Shown here piece by piece: positions 7,276 to 15,937 of a stretch of 40,946 nucleotides of DNA. The position numbers and the translations under genes were made by a program. Within the stretch, counting starts at the first letter, position 1. The number at the start of each line of letters is the position of its first letter. Source of the stretch: a virus (taxonomy: Duplodnaviria > Caudoviricetes). The notes beneath the pieces were generated by a model. It saw only the letters and a list, made by a program, of their open reading frames with translations. It made no database searches and was not told the origin of the DNA. The DNA is taken from positions 1 through 40,946 of IMG/VR virus record IMGVR_UViG_3300043485_000015; one strand, written 5' to 3'.

Positions 7276-8651
7276 AGTCCGATCAGTTGACGGAGAACCG
7301 CGGTCGCCTGCGGCACGATAGCCTCCGCGCCGGCCGAATTCGGGTGCGTGTTGTCGTCCGAATACCCCGCCAGGTAATCCCACGGCGCGGCGCCGGCGTT
7401 GTTGCCGATCACCGCCGGTCCGTTGATGAGCGGCAGGCCGCACGCCACCATGCGGGCCTGAACGTCGTTGAAGCCCGCGATCAGGGTTGAATTGCCGTCA
7501 ATCGAGGGCTGGCAACCGGCGCTATTCAGGATTGGCACCGTGCCGTAGGCCGCCTTGAACGTGTCGGCGTTCGCCATCGCCTTGGCCATCAGCACTTGCG
7601 TCGCGGCGGCGGTCAGATTGGCCGCGTCGTTACGCGAGTTCGGGGAGAACGCGGCGATGGACGGCCGGATCGCGGCGACATTGTTACGCAGTAGCGGGTC
7701 ATAGACGGCGGAACCGGTGGCGCCAAACGCCAGACTGGCAACCTCGATCGGCATGGTCGGGCTGGACAGGTCATAGCCAGCGCGCATCAGGGGCGTGGAA
7801 TACTGATCGGTCGCCGGGGCGGCGGGCAGGCTGTCGCCGTTGAGCACGACCTGGATGCCGGGGCTGGCGGTCAGGTATTGCACGGCCAGCAGCGGAGCCA
7901 ACGCCCATTGCTTGAACCCCGTGCCGGTGGGGTTGTCGGCAAAGTCCGTGCCGGTGGTCCATGCCGCTCCGGTCCAGACATAGCGCCCGCGCACGGCCAG
8001 GGAATCGGCGTTCGCCTGGCCGCACAGGATGTTGCTGTAGGCCATCGCGGTTGAGTTGACAGTGATATAAATGAACAAAAGCCGCGCCGTGCCGCCGTCC
8101 GTGCGCGCGATCGAGGTGCAGGGCGAGAAATCGGACCATTGCATCGTATAGGATACTTTGGCGTTGGCCGCGTTGGCCGAGTTGGCGGCCATGGTGAAGG
8201 CGCGCGTGGTGCCGGCCGTGTTGATGGTGGGCAGATCCGCGCCGGCGTTGTCGAAGTAGAGCGGGCAGGCCAGGCCGCCGCCGGTCGGAACCACCGTGTA
8301 TTGCGTGGCGTGCAGGATGTCCTTCAGCCCGGCGTTACTGTTCGCGGACAGCACGCTATAGGTGCTGGACGGATAGACCGAGGCTTTCAGAATGGCCATG
8401 TCGGCGTTGAACGGGTTGGCGACACCGATCCGCACCGCGTAACAGTCCGCCTCGATCGGCACGATATGGAGGAACGTGATCGTGGTGCCGTTCGGATAAG
8501 CGGCGGAATAGCTGCATCCGCTGCCAAGGGTCTTGGCCAGGCGGGTGCGGCGGGGCGCGGCACGGGCGTTGAGGGCAAGCGCCGCCAGGTTCGTGTCCAG
8601 GGCGCCGTGATCCATCAGCCCGACGCCAGGCCCGAACGTGGTCAGCGCCAT
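7272..8651 (-). CDS. SGNH/GDSL hydrolase-domain protein, probably virion-associated (polysaccharide de-O-acylase?)
   Basis: Catalytic blocks VVLNGDSL, AFGATGS, NSRND and DDNTHPN, preceded by a beta-rich N-terminal domain. Confidence 0.8.
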   Translation of the reverse strand: MALTTFGPGVGLMDHGALDTNLAALALNARAAPRRTRLAKTLGSGCSYSAAYPNGTTITFLHIVPIEADCYAVRIGVANPFNADMAILKASVYPSSTYSVLSANSNAGLKDILHATQYTVVPTGGGLACPLYFDNAGADLPTINTAGTTRAFTMAANSANAANAKVSYTMQWSDFSPCTSIARTDGGTARLLFIYITVNSTAMAYSNILCGQANADSLAVRGRYVWTGAAWTTGTDFADNPTGTGFKQWALAPLLAVQYLTASPGIQVVLNGDSLPAAPATDQYSTPLMRAGYDLSSPTMPIEVASLAFGATGSAVYDPLLRNNVAAIRPSIAAFSPNSRNDAANLTAAATQVLMAKAMANADTFKAAYGTVPILNSAGCQPSIDGNSTLIAGFNDVQARMVACGLPLINGPAVIGNNAGAAPWDYLAGYSDDNTHPNSAGAEAIVPQATAVLRQLIGL

Positions 8652-8654
8652 CGG

Positions 8655-9065
8655 TCAGGCATTCCCGCCGGTTTTGGCCTCAAGCCGCTGGATGCCGGCA
8701 TAGAGGTCGTCGATCAGCGTTTCGGCGTTAGAATGGCCCTGGTTGCGCAGTTCGAACTTCACGTCCGCGATGCGCTGGGCGAACGCGACACCGGCTGGAT
8801 CGCCGTTTGCGGCGGCGGTGGTGCCAGCTTCCGCACGGCGGGCCTTGTCGGCTTCCGTCTTGCGTGCGGCTTCCTCGTCGGCGCGGGCCTTGTCGTCCGC
8901 CTCGGTGTCGGCGGTGTCTGTGTCGTGCGTCTGGCCCTCGGTCTCTTGGGCGGCATCCTCGTCGTGGTCATGGTCGGCCTTGCCGCGTTCGGCCTTGGAC
9001 GGCTTGACGCCCTTGCGATCGACGGAGGCTTCGAAGGCTGACTGCTGGGTTGGCTTGTCGGACAT
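8655..9065 (-). CDS. Acidic hydrophilic hypothetical protein
   Basis: 136 aa; GGGAG RBS; fills the gap between TerL and the SGNH gene. Confidence 0.7.
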   Translation of the reverse strand: MSDKPTQQSAFEASVDRKGVKPSKAERGKADHDHDEDAAQETEGQTHDTDTADTEADDKARADEEAARKTEADKARRAEAGTTAAANGDPAGVAFAQRIADVKFELRNQGHSNAETLIDDLYAGIQRLEAKTGGNA

Positions 9066-9125
9066 GGATTTTCTCCCGTGGGTGACGGTGGGTTTCGGCT
9101 TGGCGGTGGCGGGTGGCGGGTTGGG

Positions 9126-10409
9126 CTAGGTGCCCATCCAGCCGGAGTTGCCCGAGCGCATGACGGGCTTGGGCGGCGGGGCGGCACGCGGGGCGGTCTC
9201 ACGCAGCCCCATCGCCATATAGCGTAACGAATCGGATGAATCGCTGGCCCAATCGTGGACCGGGGATGTCTTGTAAATCCCCATCTTGTCGTTGAAATCC
9301 CGCCGGTAGTGCGCCAGGCATTCCCGCCCGCGCACGGTGCGTTCCCGATCGAACCAACAGCGGCCCAACATCATTTTCACCGCTTCAATGCCGTCCTCGA
9401 TCGACTGTGCGGGCAGCACTCGCACCTTGCGGCCGTTCGCGCGCAACAGTTCCTCACGGGTCTTGCCGGTGCCGAGTTCGCGGGCGGCCGCGTCGTGCGG
9501 CAGGAGGTCGATGCCGTAGCGGTAGGGCTTGCTGTCCAGCCAGCGCACGTAATGGGTCAGCGGTTCGCCCGTCGCTTCGTAGTGGTCGATAACGTGGACT
9601 TCCTTGCCGACAAGCTGCACGCACCAAAGCGCCGTGGCGTCTCCGATACCAAGGTCATACGATGTCCAGACTGGCACGGATGGGTCGTAAGGCACGCTGC
9701 AGACGCGGCCGGACGCCTCGATTTCGGCCAGTTCGGTGCGGTAGATGGCGCCACGGATCGCGGCATCGAAGCTGCATTCAAGTTCCTGGTCATATTGATC
9801 GGCACTCATTTGCGTTCGCATGTCGGCAAGCTCGGCATCCGGCAGCAGGGCGCTTTGCGACGCTTTCAGGACCAGCGAAAACCAGTTTGGATCAGTCTCG
9901 GCGGCGGTGTGCAGCCGGTAGAAGTCATTCCGCCCTTTCGGCGTGCCGATGAACACCGCCCAGCCTTGCCGATCGGCTAACGAGGGTCTGATAACCTCGG
10001 GCCAGGCGCGCGGGTCGATGTCGCCATACTCATCCAGGACCACGCCATCCGCGTAAGTGCCGCGCAGTCGATCGTAGTTATCGGCGCCGTATAGACGCAC
10101 CCGCGCGCCGTTCGGGAACACAACCATCAGGTCGGATTCACGTTGTTCCACACCGGGGATATTGGCGGTGAAGCGTTTGAGGTAGCCCCAGGCTGCGTCT
10201 TTGGATTGAGAATAGGTGGGCGACATGTAAGCAAAGCGGGCGTCGGGCTTGGTGGCGCGCAAGGCGGCGTCAACCAGGTCCATGATGCAGGCGACGGTCT
10301 TGCCGCCACGGCGATGCACGACAAGACAGGCCCAGCGTTGCTTGCGGGCGTGGAAGGCGCGGAATTGCGGCCGGGCCCGGTAGCCCAGGTCAATCTCTTT
10401 GGTTAGCAC
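9126..10409 (-). CDS. terL: Terminase large subunit
   Basis: Walker A HRRGGKT, Walker B VVLDEY, FIGTPKG, nuclease motifs SYDLGIGD and HDWASDSSDSLRY. Confidence 0.95.
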   Translation of the reverse strand: MLTKEIDLGYRARPQFRAFHARKQRWACLVVHRRGGKTVACIMDLVDAALRATKPDARFAYMSPTYSQSKDAAWGYLKRFTANIPGVEQRESDLMVVFPNGARVRLYGADNYDRLRGTYADGVVLDEYGDIDPRAWPEVIRPSLADRQGWAVFIGTPKGRNDFYRLHTAAETDPNWFSLVLKASQSALLPDAELADMRTQMSADQYDQELECSFDAAIRGAIYRTELAEIEASGRVCSVPYDPSVPVWTSYDLGIGDATALWCVQLVGKEVHVIDHYEATGEPLTHYVRWLDSKPYRYGIDLLPHDAAARELGTGKTREELLRANGRKVRVLPAQSIEDGIEAVKMMLGRCWFDRERTVRGRECLAHYRRDFNDKMGIYKTSPVHDWASDSSDSLRYMAMGLRETAPRAAPPPKPVMRSGNSGWMGT

Positions 10410-10581
10410 GCAACAGCCCGCATTTCACGGCGAGCGCCTGATAGACCTTTCGCGCGGCTAGATATTCGGGAGAATGACAGACGTAGTCCACGACAGCGGA
10501 TATCCGCGTTTGCGGCTGTCTTGGGCGATAGGTGCGCTCGCATTCGCGCCTTGCGGCTTCCAGATCATCGGCAATCGTCAT
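10390..10581 (-). CDS. Hypothetical protein between TerS and TerL
   Basis: MTIADDLEAARRECE...; GAGGA RBS; fills the gap. Confidence 0.55.
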   Translation of the reverse strand: MTIADDLEAARRECERTYRPRQPQTRISAVVDYVCHSPEYLAARKVYQALAVKCGLLRANQRD

Positions 10582-10585
10582 TCGT

Positions 10586-10963
10586 TCAATCCTCGCCACG
10601 ATCCACGCCTGAGATGATTTGCATTACGATCGCACCGCCATTCTCACCCGTTACGGACTGGTCCGACTTGTCACGCTGGCCGAGCAACTGCTTGCCCAAC
10701 CAGATCAGCATCGTATCCGAGCCGCCATTGGCACGCTGCCATTGCAACCGGCGCAGCGACCCGCGCCCCTTGGCCTTGCCGCGCTGAAGCGCCTCCATGA
10801 ACGCCGGGTCGTCAACCTTGCGGCGCGCGAGCGTATCGACGGAACACCCCACGGCGGCGGCGATTTCCTCGTCGGTGCATTGAATGCGCGCCAAGCCCTC
10901 AATCTGTGCCAGGTCGAATTCGATCGCGGGGCGCCCGACAGGCTCGCCGGTCCTTTTAGTCAT
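10586..10963 (-). CDS. terS: Terminase small subunit
   Basis: GRP...CTDEEIAAAVGCSVDTL HTH; SLRRLQW...MLIWLGKQLLGQRD; upstream of TerL. Confidence 0.85.
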   Translation of the reverse strand: MTKRTGEPVGRPAIEFDLAQIEGLARIQCTDEEIAAAVGCSVDTLARRKVDDPAFMEALQRGKAKGRGSLRRLQWQRANGGSDTMLIWLGKQLLGQRDKSDQSVTGENGGAIVMQIISGVDRGED

Positions 10964-10978
10964 CCGCAAAATCCGGTG

Positions 10979-12214
10979 TCATGGCGTAAAGGTTTTACCT
11001 GTTGATTCGAGAGTTGCCTGTTGTCCCGTGAACGCCTGCCAACGCAGCACGGCCACGTCCACGTATGCGGGCGAGAGTTCGATGGCGTGACATGCGCGCC
11101 CGGTCATTTCGGCGGCGATGATGGTGGTTCCGGAGCCGGAGAACGGTTCGTAAACCGCCTGGCCGGGGGATGAGTTGTTTTCGATCGGCCGCTTCATGCA
11201 CTCGACGGGCTTTTGGGTGCTGTGGCCGGTTTCGGATTTCTGCGGCTTGTCGATCTGCCAGACGGTGGTTTGCTTGCGGTCGCCCGCCCAATGCCCGGTG
11301 CCATTCTTGCGCACAGCATACCAGCAAGTTTCGTGCATTAAATGATAGTCGCCGCGTCCGATAACGAACTGACTTTTGGCCCAGATAACCAGATGGCGGC
11401 ATATAAAGCCGTTGCTCGTAAGTTGCGCGGCCATGTCGGTAATCTGCTTATCGCCCTGCCACACATAGGCCACGTCGCCGGGGAACAGCGCCCAGGCCTC
11501 GGACCAGTCCGCGCGGTCGTCGTTCTCAACCTTGCCGATGGCCCTGGCACCGATAGGCGAACCATCCGCTCGTAGCGCCTTGTTCCGCCACGACGCATCA
11601 TACTCCACGCCATACGGCGGGTCTGTCACCATCAGGTGCGGCTTGACGCCTGCCAGTGCCGCGTCAACCGCCTCGGGGGTGGTGCTGTCGCCGCACACCA
11701 GCCGGTGCATGCCCATGATCCACACATCGCCCAGGACGGTCACGGGTTCGGCGGGCGGCTCGGGCACGTCGTCCGGGTCGGTCAGCCCCTCGGTCACGTC
11801 CAGCAGAAACGCCAGTTGGTCGTCACGGAACCCGGTCAGGTCGAGATCGAAGCCTTCCAGCTTCAGATCCCCGAGTTCCAGCTTCAGCAGGTCGTCGTCC
11901 CACCCGGCTTGAGCGGCGGATGCGTTGTCGGCGAGCACGTAGGCACGGACCTGGGCCTTGCTCCAACCTCGGGCCACCATGACCGGCACATCCGCCAGGC
12001 CCAGCTTTTGCGCTGCCATGATGCGGCCGTGACCGGCGATGATGCCGCTCGCCTCATCCACCAGGACGGGGTTTGTCCACCCATAGGCAGCGATCAGGCG
12101 GGCGAGGTGGTCGATTTGCGTGGGCGAATGTGTGCGGGCGTTTTTAGCGTATGGCACCAGGGACGCCACCGGGCGCCGCTCGACGGCATCGGCGGGCCAT
12201 TGCTGTCCGGTCAC
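10979..12214 (-). CDS. ParB-like N-terminal domain fused to an N6-adenine/N4-cytosine DNA methyltransferase (beta class)
   Basis: LVPYAKNARTH...IIAGHGR ParB domain; TDPPY, HSTQKPV, EPFSGSGT. Confidence 0.92.
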   Translation of the reverse strand: MTGQQWPADAVERRPVASLVPYAKNARTHSPTQIDHLARLIAAYGWTNPVLVDEASGIIAGHGRIMAAQKLGLADVPVMVARGWSKAQVRAYVLADNASAAQAGWDDDLLKLELGDLKLEGFDLDLTGFRDDQLAFLLDVTEGLTDPDDVPEPPAEPVTVLGDVWIMGMHRLVCGDSTTPEAVDAALAGVKPHLMVTDPPYGVEYDASWRNKALRADGSPIGARAIGKVENDDRADWSEAWALFPGDVAYVWQGDKQITDMAAQLTSNGFICRHLVIWAKSQFVIGRGDYHLMHETCWYAVRKNGTGHWAGDRKQTTVWQIDKPQKSETGHSTQKPVECMKRPIENNSSPGQAVYEPFSGSGTTIIAAEMTGRACHAIELSPAYVDVAVLRWQAFTGQQATLESTGKTFTP

Positions 12215-12277
12215 GTCATAGTCCCGATTCGTGGTGTGTTGGGGGGGTGATGGCGCACAGAACGCCGTCCTATCGAA

Positions 12278-12306
12278 TCGATGGCCGATTTGTGGGGATA
12301 TGTCAA
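12278..12306 (-). promoter_or_regulatory. Candidate late promoter
   Basis: Perfect TTGACA at 12306-12301 upstream of the packaging operon; the -10 element is a poor match. Confidence 0.35.
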
Positions 12307-12497
12307 GTAGTTAACGGATTAATTATGTGCGCCACTCTCCATTCCGGTCCCTGGGCCATCCGAATATCGCGGAGGATTTCAGCGCGGGAACGTCGGAGGG
12401 GAAGGATGCCACAGCCGAAATACACGGCGTCGCCGAGTTTGATGTGGTCGATCGTCCATTGCCGGCCGGCGATCGTCACCACGTCCGGCGCGCTCAC
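12303..12497 (-). CDS. Hypothetical protein
   Basis: GTGA-coupled start (VSAPDVVTIAG...). Confidence 0.5.
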   Translation of the reverse strand: MSAPDVVTIAGRQWTIDHIKLGDAVYFGCGILPLRRSRAEILRDIRMAQGPEWRVAHIINPLTT

Positions 12498-12715
12498 AGT
12501 GGTTCCCATCCCGCAACTGGCGCGGGTGTTTCGACGGGCGGCTCGTCGGCACGGGCGAGGTTGGCTTCGTCCCAGGCGCGCACGGCGGCGATGGCGGCAC
12601 GGGCCTGCCTGCCATAAACGATGAAGCCATGGCACGCGAGATCCGGCCCGCACGCAAAGCACTCGGCCCGGCATATCGCCCGCGCCACATGCTCCGTGAC
12701 GTCTGTGCCGGTCAT
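12494..12715 (-). CDS. Hypothetical protein
   Basis: MTGTDVTEHVARAIC...YGRQARAAIAAVR; ATGA overlap. Confidence 0.6.
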   Translation of the reverse strand: MTGTDVTEHVARAICRAECFACGPDLACHGFIVYGRQARAAIAAVRAWDEANLARADEPPVETPAPVAGWEPL

Positions 12716-13281
12716 CCCCGCAACCCCTCCACGATCGCCTGGATACCCTGTGCGTGCCAGAGCTGGATGGCCTTGCGGTCGGCGTGGATGATGCGCTCCA
12801 GGCGCCGCCAGGTGACACAATGGCGCTCGGTCATCGGGTGGACAAGCGAGCGCGCGGCGACGATGCGGCGGACGACGTGGCGGGTTTGCGGGATGTAGCG
12901 AAGCCATGTGAAAGTCGTGTCCATGAGGGAGATGGCGGCGGCGTCGGGCTGGGCTGGGCGGACGATTTCATCGGTATAGCCGTAAGCCTCTTGGGCCGTT
13001 TGGAGGCAGTCCGGCATGGCTGACCGGACGGCGGCGGGATAGGCGGACGGGGAGCGCATGGCGAGCAGCGTGGCACCGGCTTGCTCCAGGCGAAATTCCA
13101 CCATTTCAGCGTCGATCCTGCATCCGTGGGTTGGGTTGGCGCAGGCTCGGTCGATGGTGTTGTAGCAGACGCTGCACCACCACGTCACGGCGTCTGCAGG
13201 CTTCAAATCGCGGGATGGGACGGGGGGTGCGACGCGAACGTAGCGGCCGCTGGGGCGTTCACGGACTGTGGTTTCAGACAC
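12712..13281 (-). CDS. DUF6362-like protein (possible late-gene regulator; sits at the Q position)
   Basis: RLEQAGATLLAM...PDAAAISLMD..FTWL..IP...VRRIV.ARSLVHP...W; start codon uncertain. Confidence 0.7.
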   Translation of the reverse strand: MSETTVRERPSGRYVRVAPPVPSRDLKPADAVTWWCSVCYNTIDRACANPTHGCRIDAEMVEFRLEQAGATLLAMRSPSAYPAAVRSAMPDCLQTAQEAYGYTDEIVRPAQPDAAAISLMDTTFTWLRYIPQTRHVVRRIVAARSLVHPMTERHCVTWRRLERIIHADRKAIQLWHAQGIQAIVEGLRG

Positions 13282-13558
13282 CAGGATAGCCCTCCAAGGC
13301 CGCAGGCACGACACGCTGGTATCCTTCCTCAAACGCGGCTTTCGGGCTGATGGATTTGTACCCGTCCGCGTAGATCACGGCGTAACCGCCAACCTCCGCG
13401 CGCTTTGCCATGGCTGGTTCCGTTGGTTCGAACCGCTCGACGGTATGATCGGCGCATGGCTTGACCAGGATTAACAGCCTGCCGCCCACGTCCTCGATTT
13501 GGAAGATCGGCGCGGCGCTGACGATCTTGTGGGACACGTATTTCGTCCATTCGGTCAT
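13274..13558 (-). CDS. Conserved phage protein with GY.V.Y.DGY.S.SP...FEEGY motif
   Basis: KYVSHKIVSA...GGYAVIYADGYKSISPKAAFEEGY; GGAG RBS. Confidence 0.75.
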   Translation of the reverse strand: MTEWTKYVSHKIVSAAPIFQIEDVGGRLLILVKPCADHTVERFEPTEPAMAKRAEVGGYAVIYADGYKSISPKAAFEEGYQRVVPAALEGYPGV

Positions 13559-13707
13559 TTGCGGTCTCCATGGGTGCGGGTTGTGACGATGGCGCAATTT
13601 CGCCTGGGAGGGTCGTACAGGCCCGTGTGGGTGCCGTCCGCATGACCCCTAGCGCCCCCCCCCTGCAAACGGCCCAGCGGTCATAATTTTGGGGTCAGCG
13701 TGGCTGT

Positions 13708-13875
13708 TCATAGGTTGGGCATCCTGAGGCTGGCGCGGACGAGGGCGTCGATGGCACGGCGGGCGACAACCCCGGCGATGATGCGTTCGCGTTGGGTCAG
13801 CGCTCCGTAATCGCGGCCAGCACCGGTTACCGCGTCCTTGACCGCCTGCCGGATCATGTCGGCGGTCACGTTCAT
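13708..13875 (-). CDS. Hypothetical protein
   Basis: MNVTADMIRQAVKDA...; ATGA-coupled. Confidence 0.5.
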   Translation of the reverse strand: MNVTADMIRQAVKDAVTGAGRDYGALTQRERIIAGVVARRAIDALVRASLRMPNL

Positions 13876-14084
13876 CGGCGGGCTGTCCAGTCGGTGCGGT
13901 TGCGGGTTGCTGGCTTGCCATCGGCCGGGGGTTTTCCCCCAATCCAGTCGGTATCCTGCACCCCGGCCAGATACCCCGCGCGGCGGCCGGAGCGGTAGCC
14001 GGACCAAAAGGCGGCATACGCGGCCCAGGCGCTGGCAACGGCGGTGACCAAGGCACTCACGGCGGCGGCGGTGTAGGGGTTCAC
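13872..14084 (-). CDS. Small protein with N-terminal TM segment
   Basis: AAAVSALVTAVASAWAAYAAFW followed by GYRSGRRAGY. Confidence 0.55.
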   Translation of the reverse strand: MNPYTAAAVSALVTAVASAWAAYAAFWSGYRSGRRAGYLAGVQDTDWIGGKPPADGKPATRNRTDWTARR

Positions 14085-14177
14085 CGAGTCTGCGATCCGC
14101 GGTCGATGGGGTTGGTCATGGGGGACTCCTGTCAGGCGGGTTTGCCGTGCTCGGCGGCGTGGCAGTTGCGGCGATTG

Positions 14178-14561
14178 TCACACTTCGCAACCGCATTTGC
14201 GCAGTTTGGCGGCGATTTTCTGCAAAACCGCATCCTGCCGCTCGCTCAAACGGGGGAAACGCGGCAGTCCTTCGAGAAATTCGCATTCCCATGCGGTAAT
14301 CAGGCGTGAATAGTTCAGGCAGTTTTTTGCCAACGCGCGCCAATCGTCCTCCGGCTCTGGCTCTGGCTGTGCTCGTGGCTTGGACGATGCAGCCGGTGCC
14401 GCGATCGACGGCGTTAGCGCCTGCTGCCATGTCAGGCCGGCTCCGCTCACCAGCCGATGAGCCGCAAGTCCGGCCGCATCGCGCTCGCCGGCAAAGTTGG
14501 AGCCTAGCAACGCCAGCAGCCGCGCCAGCTTGTCGCGTTGGGTTGCCGATAATGCTATCAT
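14178..14561 (-). CDS. Conserved alphaproteobacterial phage protein downstream of the helicase
   Basis: KLARLLALLGSNFAGERDAA...GLTW; TAWECEFLEGL...LSERQ. Confidence 0.75.
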   Translation of the reverse strand: MIALSATQRDKLARLLALLGSNFAGERDAAGLAAHRLVSGAGLTWQQALTPSIAAPAASSKPRAQPEPEPEDDWRALAKNCLNYSRLITAWECEFLEGLPRFPRLSERQDAVLQKIAAKLRKCGCEV

Positions 14562-14580
14562 AACGCCTCATCCGAGTCCT

Positions 14581-14741
14581 TGCTACGCTATGCTTGCGAC
14601 GGTTCTGCTACGGTTGCGGCTTTGAATTCGGCTACGGACTGCGGGTCTGCTACGCTACGGAATGGCCCCTTAGGGCCAACCGTAGCGTAGCACCGCCCTA
14701 CGCCGGTTTTTGCGCAACGGTTCTGCTACGGTTCTGCTACG
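14581..14741. repeat. Candidate replication origin: GCTACG repeats plus a long hairpin
   Basis: CGGTTCTGCTA at 14600, 14718 and 14729; perfect 13-bp inverted repeat 14648-14660/14680-14692 enclosing TGGCCC-CTTA-GGGCCA. Confidence 0.7.
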
Positions 14742-14743
14742 CT

Positions 14744-15937
14744 TCACGACGGTCTCTTGGTGTCATTGACCTTCACCCCGACCGCCGGACGACGCCATTT
14801 CGGGTGGGTATAGTCAGTCTCAAAAAGCAATCCGGATTGCATCCAAGTCGCGATAATGGCGCCCGCCTGCTTTTCGGTGCGGTCGAATTTGTTCACCAGC
14901 ACGATGCCCGCCCAACGATGACTGCCGCCCCGGCGAGACGCAGTAAACAGCACGTCCGGCTCAAATCCACGGCCGATAATGTCCAATGCCCCATTGCAAT
15001 CGGCGGGCGTAAGATCGGCAAAGGTTGTGGGTGCTTCCCATGGCTCAATAACCGCGACTTTGTCGCCGTGCGGATAGATGCCCCTGCCGTTGCCCAGTTC
15101 GACCCGATCCAGCCGGAACCAACTCGCTTTACCGGCTTTGGCGGCCATGTTCGATTTGGCGTCATCGAGGCGCACGAAGCGGGTTCGCTCGGCGTCATCG
15201 ATACCCATGCCCTCGGCATCCTCGGATGACATCGGCGACATCAGCAGGCCAATGCGGGCGCTATCGGTCAGCGCCTTGGCGCCACGCGCGCTGTCGATAT
15301 CGGCCACCACGCCTTTGCGGACGTGATGCACAAGCATGATGGCGCAGCTCGTCTTCCGCGCGACTCGGCGCCACGCGGCGGCGGCCTTGATCATTTGCGG
15401 ATTGCTGTTTTCTTCGAGGGTGTGGGACTCAGCAAACGGATCGACTACGATCAGGCCGATTTCATGTGCATTGATTTCCTTGATCAATGCTTCCTCGTCG
15501 GGATGAACGATTTCGAAACCACGCTCGTCAAGCCCGGCCATGATAAGCGGGCGATCCTCGCCGGAATGCATGAAATACCGGCCAGCAAGATCGTCCGGAC
15601 CAAGCTTATAGCGCAACCGAATAGCCGCCAGGCGCCGGTTGAGTTCGTCCATCGGATCTTCAAGATTGAGCACGGCGACGCTACTGCGCTCAAAAACATG
15701 CTCGCCAAGCAGGTTCAGGCCGGATGCCAGGGCGGCGGCAACGACCATCGCATAGGCCGTCTTGCCGGTGCCGCCCGGTGCCACCAGCACGGTCACGAAG
15801 CCACGGATCAGTTGAGTTCCGTAAAGCCATTGGCGCGGAGGAATAGAGTCGGGGTTTGGCAAGCGCGCCGGTTGCAGGACAAGCGGAACATCTTGTTTCT
15901 GTTCTGCATAGCTGTTCCAGGTGTCATCGTCTGACAT
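14744..15937 (-). CDS. AAA_25/RepA-like replicative helicase
   Basis: Walker A APGGTGKT, LNLED, Walker B LIVVDP, LVHHVRK, ARGAKALTDSAR. Confidence 0.88.
   Translation of the reverse strand: MSDDDTWNSYAEQKQDVPLVLQPARLPNPDSIPPRQWLYGTQLIRGFVTVLVAPGGTGKTAYAMVVAAALASGLNLLGEHVFERSSVAVLNLEDPMDELNRRLAAIRLRYKLGPDDLAGRYFMHSGEDRPLIMAGLDERGFEIVHPDEEALIKEINAHEIGLIVVDPFAESHTLEENSNPQMIKAAAAWRRVARKTSCAIMLVHHVRKGVVADIDSARGAKALTDSARIGLLMSPMSSEDAEGMGIDDAERTRFVRLDDAKSNMAAKAGKASWFRLDRVELGNGRGIYPHGDKVAVIEPWEAPTTFADLTPADCNGALDIIGRGFEPDVLFTASRRGGSHRWAGIVLVNKFDRTEKQAGAIIATWMQSGLLFETDYTHPKWRRPAVGVKVNDTKRPS

Noticed and set aside
10979-12214. ParB domain as evidence for a partition system
   Set aside because: ParB-methyltransferase fusions next to terminase are common in phages, and no ParA is present.
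14720-14734. Alphaproteobacterial LexA box GTTC-N7-GTTC
   Set aside because: It arises automatically from the 11-bp repeat period and is not at a recognisable promoter.
14581-14741. CRISPR mini-array
   Set aside because: The repeats are 6-13 bp and irregular, with no unique spacers of constant length.
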